A program made the translations under genes and the position numbers. Below the pieces are notes generated by a model, which searched no databases, was not told the DNA's origin, and saw only the letters and a program-made list of their open reading frames with translations. A stretch of DNA of 56,572 nt, filler included, from Porpidia crustulata (taxonomy: Eukaryota), in NCBI GenBank assembly GCA_964255105.1. It is 6 parts of 6 records of this genome, joined end to end, with 100 filler letters (N's around TTAATTAATTAA, not from the genome) between each part and the next. Parts side by side here need not be neighbours in the genome. Positions count along the whole stretch, not along the records: positions 28,395 to 37,733 come from CAXUWE010000955.1; positions 37,834 to 47,155 come from CAXUWE010000956.1; positions 47,256 to 56,572 come from CAXUWE010000957.1; 3 more parts are not named here. One strand, written 5' to 3'. Numbering within the stretch: position 1 is the stretch's first letter; each line of letters opens with the position of its first letter. Of this stretch, positions 36,674 through 47,791 are shown piece by piece.

Positions 36674-37733
36674 ACACCTACTGAGAATGATGGAGTGTTG
36701 ATCGATTCGGGCCGACATCTGTACTCGTAATACCAGACTCTTTTTCCAGGCGACTAAGAAGTAGGGTGGATGAGGATGGGTAGCCTAGGATCCCCTATTC
36801 AGCACCCCGCACAGCGCCGAACCCACCCAGTACCTACGTGCGTGAAGTGGGAATTGAAATTGAGCAGGATTTGGCAAGTGTGTCGCGTGGCCAGTGTGTC
36901 GGTGCTGGACAGGAATGCGGACGGTGCAACGCGCTGAGCAGAACGCCGAGCGAGCGAGGTCAAAAGCATAAAGTCAATCAGTTGACCTCGTGAGCACAAT
37001 GTGTGTTGAAAAACAAGAGCTTTCTAGCTTAAGAAGAAGTTTACAACCCCGACTTATTCCAACCCACAGTGAACATACAAACAATATTCATATACACCGA
37101 CTCGAAGAACCTTGACCTCAAATTTTCGATGTTGACATTCAGCAATTATTCCACTTGCCACAATCTCGATCTAGCCACTTCGCAACCTCGATCTGACGCA
37201 GCAATCTCACCGATCAACGTCGATAGAACACGACTTCTGTGAGACGGCCAAACTATCTATCTAGATCCTTCGAACCAGCCAGCTACCCATCGTACTCAGC
37301 AAATATTCTTCGAGAGTGTTCCATACACCCCTCGACGAGGGTTTTGGTCTCTCTGGGTATAAGACAATACTGTCGGTTTCGACGTCAATAGGACGAATGC
37401 TATTTTGGCGATTTCATGATCTTTGCTAGTTTCGAATTATGTTCAGGTTAATATATCTTCATAAATGGCATGTTTGGCTTTCTCGAACGGGTGCTTGTCG
37501 TCTACGCTACGCCGGCGCCCCTTATGTGTTCCACCATTGTTATTGTCCCTACTATCTTTCCCCACAAACCATTTTTTCCACTTGAATTCCCATCCACTCG
37601 TTGTCCCTTGAACAACACCACCACTATCTTCCAAGCACAGCGAACCCCATCGCGACCGTCACATGCACCAACTCACCTCATCGCCGTCATCTCAATTAAT
37701 TTTCAACCCCCCCTTCCTCATCCTCTAACTCAC

Positions 37734-37833
37734 NNNNNNNNNNNNNNNNNNNNNNNNNNNNNNNNNNNNNNNNNNNNTTAATTAATTAANNNNNNNNNNN
37801 NNNNNNNNNNNNNNNNNNNNNNNNNNNNNNNNN
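37734..37833. other. Artificial contig linker
   Basis: N44-TTAATTAATTAA-N44. Confidence 0.99.
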
Positions 37834-37878
37834 AGTGGCGACGGCGAGGCGAGGGCAGCGAGGTGGGGTGTTCAATTT

Positions 37879-38063
37879 GGGGGCAAATGGTGTGTATAGC
37901 TTCAAATTACGATATTGGGCATGCTACAGCTAATTAAACGAGCAGGTGGTGGCTGCAGTACCAAAAGCAGTGTTTTTGGGCCTTTTGGGGCTTCCCCACC
38001 TGATTTTTTTTTTCGTTTTCGCTAAATTCAAAAATCGGCCATACCAATTTGCACACAGCGATA
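37879..38063. mobile_element. Short dispersed element (MITE-like or structured ncRNA-like), copy 1
   Basis: 37941-37980 is identical to the reverse complement of the last 40 bp of the window. Imperfect inverted ends GCAAATGGTGTG / CATACCAATTTGC. Confidence 0.6.
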
Positions 38064-40075
38064 CCTTAACCTTAGGAATTCCATCCTACGTCTTTGAGAT
38101 GGCTATTTCCCAACAAAATCTCAAATTAAGAGATCTACAGGATGATTTACCTGGTTCGAGAGCATTTTTCCTTGCAGATTCAGAGCGCTTTCATTGGGGA
38201 CATCCGCAATTTGCTTTAATGATTACATGATAAATCTGTAGACATCGTGATAAAAGCTATCGAGGACATGATACTAGGCCCTCTTGTTAAACGAAAGTCA
38301 CAGACGGCTGATGTATGCTAAAGGCGGCCAAAGAGGTGATTAGATGGAGACTAAGTTAAGTTGGTCGATTGAGATTTGAGCCACTGCAGATCTATTCGAT
38401 ATCACGGGTTATATCTGTTGATATTCTAGGAGAATTCCTTAAATTGCAAGCTGTATAAATTTCTCGTATCCATCGTATGACTGTCTATGCATGGTCGTCT
38501 TAGCGATTTCTCCACGGTAGCTGTGCAGCATATCGCATGCAAGGGAAGATCTTCTCATGTATTTCTGTATGAGAATTCCAGGTGTCGTTGAAGCCGACTT
38601 GTTGAAAGGCTACTGTCATCTCGGCGATTCTACTCACATTCCATTCTCTCAACTGAAAAACTTACTGGTTTAATGGCGATTGAGTACTTCAAGTCTCCGG
38701 GCCTTACTGATGAGCAGTCATTTCATTATGTTCATGCGATCTGAATATCGACCGTGCATGTAATCCTACCGAGAATCTATCAAAGGGGACGAATTGAGCG
38801 CGCAGACATTTTAATCAATGTTAGAATCGAAAGTCATGCCTCAAGCACCGCCTATAGACACTACTTTACTGATCATCTCTTCAGGAGCCAGAAAGCTCTC
38901 GTCTATATAAGATGTGAAAAGAAATGACCGTACAATGAACAGAGCATTAGTAAAGAAGATCGAGACAATATGGGTAACCTTGACGATCAAACTTCAAGAT
39001 CCGAAACGCAGACCCAGTGGAACCATAGCGGAAAAGCTTAGACAATTGTTCCGGCTTTGACAAACTTTCTGATAATATCTCATCATTGTGAAATATTTCC
39101 TTTCAGACTCAAAGACGGCATTTCCCCCTCCCAAGATCTTTTATGAAGCCTACTCCCGGATATGGAACTTATAAGCACGTCTAAGATCTGAATGCAAACA
39201 TCGAGCATCCTTCAGAGGTTTTTTTTTACACTTTATTCAAAAGAGAAAGTATGCGTAAGGATCGTAATCAAAGTACTACATAATTTCTGCATCACCTTCA
39301 AACCCCTATTTACAGAAAGTTTGCAAGGCTGTGTCCTGACACAAGTAAGAAGCTTTCCCATACCAGTATGAAAGCCTTTAAGTCGTCAGCAGAACGCAAT
39401 CAACAGTAGAAGTTCTCGTCATCGTCTTGTTACTGACCACCAGTTTTCTTGCTTTCCTAAAATTGCTTTCCTTGAATTGCCTCCTCTAGGAAAAAAGCAA
39501 GAGACCTCCCCGGTAAGGTACCAAACTCCCTGCAGCGATGCTAAAGCACCAGCCGTCCCAACGTTCCAAGCAGAAGCTTACTAGATGCCCCAGCTCGAAA
39601 GCTCAGTCGCGAGAGGATGTTGATAAAAAGAATCGCGGGTAATGTTATTGCGGCAACAGCCTGAGTGAATACTCGAGGACTTTTTTTTTTGACCCTTTGA
39701 CGGAGCCGTTCAAGTAGAGTATAGTAGAATTAGTCTTGAAGTCACGCTTGCCGCTTCATTTGTTGATCATTGACCTTGCTTTGTTGGCTTCAATATTACT
39801 ACGAAGAAGTTGGAACAACCAAAGCACTTTATCGAGTTCTACAAACTAAGTTACACCTCCCTGGCCCGATATATCTGTATATAGTATGACAACAGACCGC
39901 CTGTTTGTTTGGATACTAAACGCCTTACACCTAGGCCATGCCAAGCCAAGACACTTTGTACCTATTGCGTATGTACAAGCTAAAGAAGACCCAGGGAAAT
40001 TCTAAAGCGATTCATTCCAGCTGCTTCTCAATTACGATGAATAACAAACACTCATACTTGAGGCTATGACTAAAC

Positions 40076-40850
40076 CTAGCCAATCTTCACAGGCACGGTA
40101 CTCACCCTCGACCAAATCCGAATTGGCCCTTCAAACGCCGACATAGGAAAAACCTCTAGTATCAGATTCGACGACTCCTTCTTGATGGGTTCCATTTCGT
40201 ACTTAGAGAAAAAGATGCGTAAAGATAATCTTCGTCTCGTCCAGGATGTAGAAATGGCCGGGGCACGCGTAGTTTCCATGGCCAAAAGGCAAGTAGACGT
40301 CGCTGATTGCCGTGAGCGATCAGGACACCAGGCGTGTGGCCACCATTTCACTATTTACGGTCTCTTCCGCTGTGCTGGAGTAGTGGAAAGCGTTGTAGAT
40401 AGGCTGCTGCGTTGGGTAAGACGGGGGAGAAATTCTGACATATGTTGGCTTTGGAAATAGTAAAATATCAAATGCTGACGAGTTCACTGCGGAAAATTAC
40501 CAAAACTATCAGCAAGGCTGGTATACGGGCGGTATTCTGCACGGGTTGGTCAAGTTGTAGCCCAAGCAGGCCAAACAAGAACCTATACATCACCCATGGT
40601 AAAAGAATTGCCTCATAAATAGTTGTTTTCGTAAGTCTCCGCTATAATTTACCACGGCGGAGCAGGTACTACGTCAATGGCACTCAAGCACGGCAGGCCT
40701 GCTGTTGTGATTGCTTTCTACGAGGACGATGCTTTTCGAAGAGATCGTAAATACAGACCCGTATTCTGAACGGACCTTACAGCGGACGGTTTTGTCCAGG
40801 CTAAAGCGCAATTTATGCATCCCAAGCTCATTCTTCCAGCAAGGAATTTG
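40076..40850 (-). pseudogene. Cytochrome P450 relic (C-terminal part recognisable)
   Basis: Heme motif YLPFGHGNYACPGHFY with FxxGxxxCxG at 40286-40257, then ILDETKIIFTH, a frameshift at the A5 run 40209-40213, then KYEMEPIKK...PIRIWSR. Upstream remnants are eroded and contain stops. The 5' boundary is uncertain. Confidence 0.75.
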
Positions 40851-42676
40851 GCAAGAAGCATTGAAGCTGCTTCACTGAGACAGAAAGGGCGGCTCAATTT
40901 GTTCAGCGCACCTTAGACCGGTACAACAGCTGCCACTGCGCGGTTTTCCCGTATTATCCAGCAGCATGGAAGCACACTAAGACCGACCGTAAAAACTCTG
41001 CTGTTGCAACTCATATACTTGTCCAAGCAGGAAACCTCGAGCGGAGAAAGCTAATTCTGATTTACTCATTCACACGGCCAGCTCTCACGAGTCTGGGGGA
41101 TCCCATAAGTGGCTTAATCTCATCAATAGCTCATGGCATGAGTAAAATTACTCAGGACTTACAGACTATTGCAAAACTCTTTAGTGAAGACGGAACGCAA
41201 AGCATAGAGGAAAGCCAAGAATTGAAATATTTATTGACCTCTCAGACCGAGGTAACCCAATAGATTGAAGAGCCTTCAGCTTTTACTATGTTTGGTCAAT
41301 GTCGTAGGTTGGATGTGATGAGCAGCGATCTCATCCTCTCAGGGACGATTGGAGTGGTTCAAGCCCTTTGAAAATTTTTGGTTTGTGGATTTGTCGTCGT
41401 TATTAGACCTACAGCGTTCACACTACGCGCAATGGATCTGCAGTTCAGTAAAGCCATGAGGGAACGACCGAGAGAAGTCCTTGTGGCGAGAATCAGGATG
41501 GGGCACGGAATGCTCGAGGTTGAGCGGACTGTGGCGACAAATGCCCAGGATTGGCGAAGAAGGCGTAGATGCAGAGTCCATGGACATCTGATATTTCTTT
41601 AGCCAGATCCTTGACCTTTTGGGGTCTGAAAACTCTGCTAGCGCCCAAATCATGTGTGGCAGAGATTTCCAAGCCTTCCACAGTATAATTCCAACAATAT
41701 ATGTGCGCAGTCTCTCTATCAACCCAACTCTACGCGCCGAACATCGTAGCAATCAAATAATACATTACTTCGGATCAGGTAAGAGATATCTCCCAGTGTT
41801 AGACTGTTGTTTTCTGGGAGGATGAGAAGCACCCACGCGCCCTGCAATGGTCCGAGCTTTCAGTAGCGGGCTAGTGATCCAAGCCTTGTAAGGCTACCAA
41901 ACGCTGCGTCCAAGAGGCCCTCTATGCGTGCCGTTGATGCCAATTCTTCAGAATTTCTGACAATGTATTTATGCAAACTTGACGATGTCTTCCGAATTGA
42001 TCCACTCCATCGTCAGAATCAACCGTGTCCTCCCCACATGCAAAATCCAGCAGCATGCTTTTCCAGAATAAGTATACTTTCAACTTCAGTCGCTCACCGT
42101 TTGAAAGAAACCGACATGGAGCTGTTGAGAAATACGTGGTGCTGGTTTCACCCGCATCAACGCTGAAGAACAGCAAGGATGTAGTATGAATGCTTGTCCA
42201 CTTACTGCATGAAAGGTCAAATGAAAACCCTGCCAGATTGTGAGCTTCTGCACCTAATCGTCACCTGAGTATCTACTATGAGCATTGATGAAGCCTACTC
42301 TCAGCGTTCGTTGAAGAGAATCTTACATCTCTCTAATGCAGTGAGCGAGCGCTTAGGTGCAGTAGATAAAGACTGATATGTAGGTAATCGTGAGGCAAAT
42401 CTCAGCGTTTGAAAACACAAAGGATACTTCAAAACTACCTCACGCAGTCAACACTAACTCTTCTTTCCTTTTAACAACTGACAGGCTAGACACTCATCAA
42501 CACTTCACAGCAACGCTTACTTCATTTTGACTCCTTTGACCTTCGAAGAAAGTCTTGGTTCATTCTTCATATTTACTGCTAATATATTTTCCTATCTTCA
42601 TTCTTCCCCCTACTTTAACTCTCAGCTCAAGCTCAAGTCAGTCTTAGTCTCACTTAATCCACTTCCATAAGTCAAT

Positions 42677-45600
42677 ATGTTAACGCCAGTTCACGTCAAT
42701 TTACGGTATTGGTTCTACCCGATTGGGAACACCCCAGCGGTCAACTTTATGCGTAATACGAGATGCGAAAAAAGGGAACCTGTCAAGATACTGTCTCTTG
42801 CTTGTGGCGACCCTCGTAACATCCTCTACACAGTTTGGTGTGAGCAGGGGTTAAAGATCCAGAGCAGGTATGAGATCACCACCTGCGACATCGATCCAGC
42901 AGTGCTTGCGCGGAATGTCATGCTTTTCACTCTACTTGGGGAACTCTCCGAGATTACCGACCCCAGCAAGCTCAATAAGCATAAGAAATCTATCTGGAAT
43001 ATATTCTATCACCTTTTCATTCCAGACGGCGACGTCATTATTCTCCAAGACCATGCAAAGAGACTCTGGGACGCCTCGATTTCCATAGCCGCGTGGATGT
43101 CTTCGACGTACAGCAAATACATAGGATTTCTGAGCGAGAGTACCCTGGTAAGCATTCGGAATTACTGGTCGAAGTACGCCGAAACAAGAGAAATACCCTC
43201 TGCCCAGACCCTCGCTCTTGAGCAGCGCACAAGGACTGCCATCGATAAGATTTTCCAAGAAAAGATTGGAGGCAAAGGAATTGGAATGGTACTTCACGGA
43301 AATCGGTCCGCTGGGGCACATTTCGCGAACTCAGTCACGACAATGTCTGCGGCTTTTGAAGGGTACTGGAAGACTGGAGTCGTAGGAGGTAACAAGCAGG
43401 ACGAAGACTCCCTAGGCGGTCATGGGAAAGGGCATGTGAACCCAATGTTCGCCACATCATCAGCACCAACAGGAAAGTTCGCTCTTCACTACGGAAGTGA
43501 CCCATTACTTGGCTTTCATCTAGCCGAAGTTTTCGATACAGCCAAGCCGGAGAAGACCGTTGTGGACCGCGTCGTTCACCTAGCCAAGTCGCAATTCTAT
43601 GGCTGGTGTGACAGCTTCAGGAAGTCAGTTGAAGACGAGCGCCTCAAGATTATCTTACACTGTGGGGATGCTGTCAGCTTTTGTCACGGGCTCCAAAGTC
43701 AGAACCGTGGCAAATTAGGTACTACAAATATACCTTCACTACTTCTAAGCCCTTGGAAATACGCGCCGCTTGTTCTTGATGGTCCAGATTGTACTCCCGG
43801 TATAAATTTTTATGATGTCATCGACACTTCGAACGTTGCTGATCATGTTGGAATCCTCAACTTACTTCCTGCTGCTGTTCCTTTACTCGGCCGCAAGTCC
43901 ACGTCGGCTTTGTACGTGGAGACTTTGCTTCTCGCCTCCGAAGACCCTTCACGATCTCTTCAAGCCATGCTCTGTTCAGATGTCTCCACGATGTGTCTTC
44001 TGCTTGGTATCTCCCCCACCGGCCACCTTCTTGGCGTGACAACGGAATCTATTGGGAGCGAGGCATTTGACTATTCATTCATCAAGGATCATGCCGGCGT
44101 GGCCCGGCAGCAACAGCAATATCGAATGTGTTTCCCGTGGAAAGTGCCCGAGTTAGGAGACTTGCGCGCTTTTACAGAGAGCCAGCGAGAGCAAGATTCC
44201 AGGTACCGAATTTCGTTCGAACCGGGACAGCTGGGACGTTATTTCTTCAATGTTTATTTGAAAATGTTCGCGTACGAAGACTGGCATGCATTGATGTCAT
44301 CTACAAGCTCAGTGTCAGCAAAACGTCAATTATTGTCTCCTTTGTCTGGTGATCTACGGTACTATACGCGTCTGAGCTTGGTTGTCCTGATGCGGCTTGC
44401 CAAATGCAATATTACCACGAGTTGGGCTCAGTGCATGGAGTATTTCTTAGACAAGGTCAAGAATGACAAGACACTCCCAATCGGATTGAATAGTCTCCAG
44501 GAACTGCTTCTCAACCTCCACATATACGGCGTTTGGGAGGACAAAACGATGATGGGGTCATTTCTAAATCATGAGATTATCGCCACAACTTCGACACGGT
44601 CAAAATCTTTACTCGGATTTCTCTTCAAGGACCGGAATCCTCCACCTGTGGTCTACATTGCGCTAGTAGTGCCACGCAATAAGCTTCGCATCTTCACGGA
44701 TGAATCTCCCGACACAATTGGTACTCCTGGTCTACACATCTCTGTTGGTTACGTGCCCATGGGTGCCGAAAACTCTTTTCACGCAATCGGCTGCTGCTTT
44801 GGAAATCTGATATCACGTGGTGATCGCGGCGATATGTGCGATGTCGAAGAATGTGAGTTAGGGTGGGCTGGCTCCGCTGACCTCGTCGTGATGTGTGCCG
44901 TACCTGCATACACACTCCTTCTTGGGGAAGCTGATAGTATTCGAGTCTCCTTGGTCATCAATACAAATCCTTCGACTCTTCAATTTACCATGAAGCTAGG
45001 TTTTTCAATGGCCGTCTATGGATGTAGCCTTACGGACAAGAAGCGACTCTGGCTTCTCGGAGAACCTCCTGGCACGACCAAAGGTCGTTTCAAGCAGTCG
45101 CGCCAGGTATTGACAGACTTAGAGTCAGTTTCAATTCAAAGCTCTGCTGTCACAGTGGATCTGAATTACGAATCTGAGGCTACAAGATTAGGTTACCACA
45201 TCGATATTCCTAGGTCTTCAGATGAGTCCCAAGCTCTAGCGAATAGCGCCAGTGTCGTGGTGCATCAAGCTTCACCTTGTACCATGGCACTTCGAGTCGG
45301 AGCTACAAAGCCACGTTGCCTAGTATACCCTTTCCCTATCAATGGATCTGTTCCCAAAATTAGAATAGCGAGGAAAAGCTCTTGGGTCGAGGTGAGCGTC
45401 TTGGTTGCTCCGGCTTTGAATCAGGGAGGCTACAACGGAAAGAATTTTCCAGTTGTGTTTGGGTATTCGCAACCAAGCGTATGGGGAATATCGCTGGTCA
45501 ACGTCCAACAACAATCGAGTCTTAAAGTGGCGGGGAATTTTAATTGGCTGCAAGCGCACCTAGGTCTCACTCTAAGCGCAAAAGAGCGAGTATTGAATAC

Positions 45601-46399
45601 TATGTGCCCTCCGGAGCGACCTCCGGCAGCTTTACTGGATCTCAAAGAATCGATGAACATCCTCTTCCAAAGCTTTGTTGGCCGAAATCCCGAAGCCAAG
45701 CTGAAGCCCATTAACAGCTTCAATTTAGTCCTCAACGCCAACATAGATACCTTGATATTCTCGAATGCTATATGTCACGATCGAAATACCAGTTCCATTT
45801 TGATGGATGCATATGTGGTCCCAATCAGCCCTCCGCGACTTTTGCTAATGAAGTCTGCCCTCAGGGCCTTACGTCCTCTAGAACTACTTTCTATCAAAAT
45901 ATCAGAAGGCGAAAGCGCACTATGGAAACAACTAATGCCCTGCCTTGTCGAACGATGCCGCGTCGATTGGACCCACCAGCCTGACTGCCAGTACAAAATC
46001 AAGAATCAAATCCCGCTCTCTACTGCTCATGGCGAGTCACCAATCTGCTCGTGCGGCGAAGGCAAATCTTTAGACGGCTACCCAAAGTATGCAGGATACG
46101 AAGCTTTCAAAGAATTCGCCACGCGTATCGCGATAGCGCCCATTTTTGCGGTGCCATACGTCGAGCCATTGATATCGGAGGCCTCTACCAATGCCGCCCA
46201 GGCTCGGGCTTCAGCCACTCAAGGGCCCACAGCTCAAAGACCTACCGAAACTACCGCCACTGCTATCACGAAATGTGACCACTGCGGTGCGAAAAAGGTG
46301 AATCTGAAGGCTTGCACAAGATGCGGAAAGGTGCAGTATTGCAACCACGACTGTCAGAAAGCAGCGTGGAAGGAGCATAAGAAGGTTTGCAACAAATGA
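42677..46399 (+). CDS. DUF4470 domain protein with C-terminal MYND zinc finger (1240 aa, intronless)
   Basis: FYPIGNTPA, ILSLACGDPRNILYT, TCDIDPAVLARN, HYGSDPLLGFHLA, DVIDTSNVADHVGILNLL, ERCRVDWTHQPDCQY, ICSCGEGK. MYND: CDHC..CTRC..YCNHDCQKAAWKEHKKVC. Confidence 0.92.
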   Translation: MLTPVHVNLRYWFYPIGNTPAVNFMRNTRCEKREPVKILSLACGDPRNILYTVWCEQGLKIQSRYEITTCDIDPAVLARNVMLFTLLGELSEITDPSKLNKHKKSIWNIFYHLFIPDGDVIILQDHAKRLWDASISIAAWMSSTYSKYIGFLSESTLVSIRNYWSKYAETREIPSAQTLALEQRTRTAIDKIFQEKIGGKGIGMVLHGNRSAGAHFANSVTTMSAAFEGYWKTGVVGGNKQDEDSLGGHGKGHVNPMFATSSAPTGKFALHYGSDPLLGFHLAEVFDTAKPEKTVVDRVVHLAKSQFYGWCDSFRKSVEDERLKIILHCGDAVSFCHGLQSQNRGKLGTTNIPSLLLSPWKYAPLVLDGPDCTPGINFYDVIDTSNVADHVGILNLLPAAVPLLGRKSTSALYVETLLLASEDPSRSLQAMLCSDVSTMCLLLGISPTGHLLGVTTESIGSEAFDYSFIKDHAGVARQQQQYRMCFPWKVPELGDLRAFTESQREQDSRYRISFEPGQLGRYFFNVYLKMFAYEDWHALMSSTSSVSAKRQLLSPLSGDLRYYTRLSLVVLMRLAKCNITTSWAQCMEYFLDKVKNDKTLPIGLNSLQELLLNLHIYGVWEDKTMMGSFLNHEIIATTSTRSKSLLGFLFKDRNPPPVVYIALVVPRNKLRIFTDESPDTIGTPGLHISVGYVPMGAENSFHAIGCCFGNLISRGDRGDMCDVEECELGWAGSADLVVMCAVPAYTLLLGEADSIRVSLVINTNPSTLQFTMKLGFSMAVYGCSLTDKKRLWLLGEPPGTTKGRFKQSRQVLTDLESVSIQSSAVTVDLNYESEATRLGYHIDIPRSSDESQALANSASVVVHQASPCTMALRVGATKPRCLVYPFPINGSVPKIRIARKSSWVEVSVLVAPALNQGGYNGKNFPVVFGYSQPSVWGISLVNVQQQSSLKVAGNFNWLQAHLGLTLSAKERVLNTMCPPERPPAALLDLKESMNILFQSFVGRNPEAKLKPINSFNLVLNANIDTLIFSNAICHDRNTSSILMDAYVVPISPPRLLLMKSALRALRPLELLSIKISEGESALWKQLMPCLVERCRVDWTHQPDCQYKIKNQIPLSTAHGESPICSCGEGKSLDGYPKYAGYEAFKEFATRIAIAPIFAVPYVEPLISEASTNAAQARASATQGPTAQRPTETTATAITKCDHCGAKKVNLKACTRCGKVQYCNHDCQKAAWKEHKKVCNK

Positions 46400-46575
46400 T
46401 GACATGAGGTTCGTGATGATGGTCGCGGTATGGCTGAGCATAACATCTGGTGGCTTTGTTCTCCGTGAGGATTGACGATAATAATGGGGTTAATGACTAG
46501 GATCCGGAAATTCTTTACATTGTTATGCAGAACATTTTCATAGTCGGCAAATATCAATCAACCTCATCACTTGTT

Positions 46576-46823
46576 TCCTCCAGTACCTTCGTCTTTTTCT
46601 ATCATCTCACAATCGATCCGTTACCGATAGAAGCGATGAGAATAATTGGGATGTCTGGGTTTTTATTTTCTAAAATTTCACAAATATCAAAAAAGAGAAG
46701 TTAATTCCGGGGACAGCGCGGCAGATACCAATAAAGAATTCACCAAAAATCTCCTCTGGTATCTCTGTTCTTTTCTATCATCTCATATTCCGCCCGTTAC
46801 TGGTAAGAGTGACAGGGATATTT
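46576..46823. repeat. Diverged 72-bp direct repeat, 2 copies 176 bp apart
   Basis: 46576-46647 and 46752-46823 align without gaps and share TTTTCTATCATCTCA and CCGTTAC. Confidence 0.75.
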
Positions 46824-47073
46824 AGTACCCTCCGTCCAGTCCTTTTCTTTTTTCAGAAACTCCACAAGCACCAAACAAGGAGACTCAATTTGAGAACAAT
46901 GAGCAGATATTGAAATCATTTTCTTCCAGCAAGAGCAATGGATACAGTTGAGACCTCCCGTCCAGTTTTGTTTTCCGAAATTACACAAATACCAGACAAA
47001 GGTCGTCAACCCAGGGATAGCGTGCATATATCAAACCCATCCACCACAAACTTTTATCCAACATCTCCATCGA

Positions 47074-47155
47074 TTCCCATCCTCCCTCACTCCCCCAATT
47101 TCCAACTTCCCGTCCTCCCTCACTCCCCCAATCCTACACTCCCCCAATCTCCAAC
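47074..47155. repeat. C-rich 33-bp minisatellite at contig end
   Basis: TTCCC(A/G)TCCTCCCTCACTCCCCCAAT at 47074 and 47107, plus a partial third copy. Confidence 0.85.
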
Positions 47156-47255
47156 NNNNNNNNNNNNNNNNNNNNNNNNNNNNNNNNNNNNNNNNNNNNT
47201 TAATTAATTAANNNNNNNNNNNNNNNNNNNNNNNNNNNNNNNNNNNNNNNNNNNN
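47156..47255. other. Artificial contig linker
   Basis: N44-TTAATTAATTAA-N44. Confidence 0.99.
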
Positions 47256-47453
47256 ATATTTTCTACATCGTTTGTAGGCAGCAAGGTCTGCTGGTCTGGT
47301 CTGCTAGATCGCGGCGCGGGCTCACTAGTTGTGACGGTCGTGGTACTAAAGAATTAGTAGTCACGTAGTGTAGTAGTGAGATGGAGAAGTTGGACTGGAA
47401 ACCCGACGATAATGCGGGGATCAAATGGGTTGTTTCGAAGAGGTTGGCGATAT

Positions 47454-47500
47454 GATAAAGATAAGATAAGATAAGATAGCGTAAGATAAGATGAAGATAA
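47454..47500. repeat. Imperfect (GATAA)n microsatellite
   Basis: gataaagataagataagataagatagcgtaagataagatgaagataa. Confidence 0.85.
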
Positions 47501-47791
47501 TCTTTGGTGTTTCGATCAATACCACGCATTATACGTCCTTTCTACTTGGGGATTTTGTTTCATGGGAACGGTGACTAGCATCAATTCAAACAGCTTTAGT
47601 TTCTTGATGCTTAAATGAAAGAGTTATATTCCAATGCTGGTGATGTGATGATGACGGAGAAGTTGAAAATGGTCGCGTTATGCGTCCTGAGCTTCCAAAA
47701 TATAGCGTCAACCAGATCGTGAGATATATAATTATATACTTTGTATAACAATTCAAGGTTCAACAGTCCACTTACATTGCCTCATGCATAC

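Noticed and set aside
37443..37733. Possible 3' end of a minus-strand gene at the contig edge
   Set aside because: The reading frame and splice pattern are ambiguous and no homology is recognisable.
37946..38230. Similar ORFs MVAAVPKAVFLGL at 37946 (+) and 56567 (-)
   Set aside because: GTG-started translations of the shared repeat that diverge after 13 codons; not a gene family.
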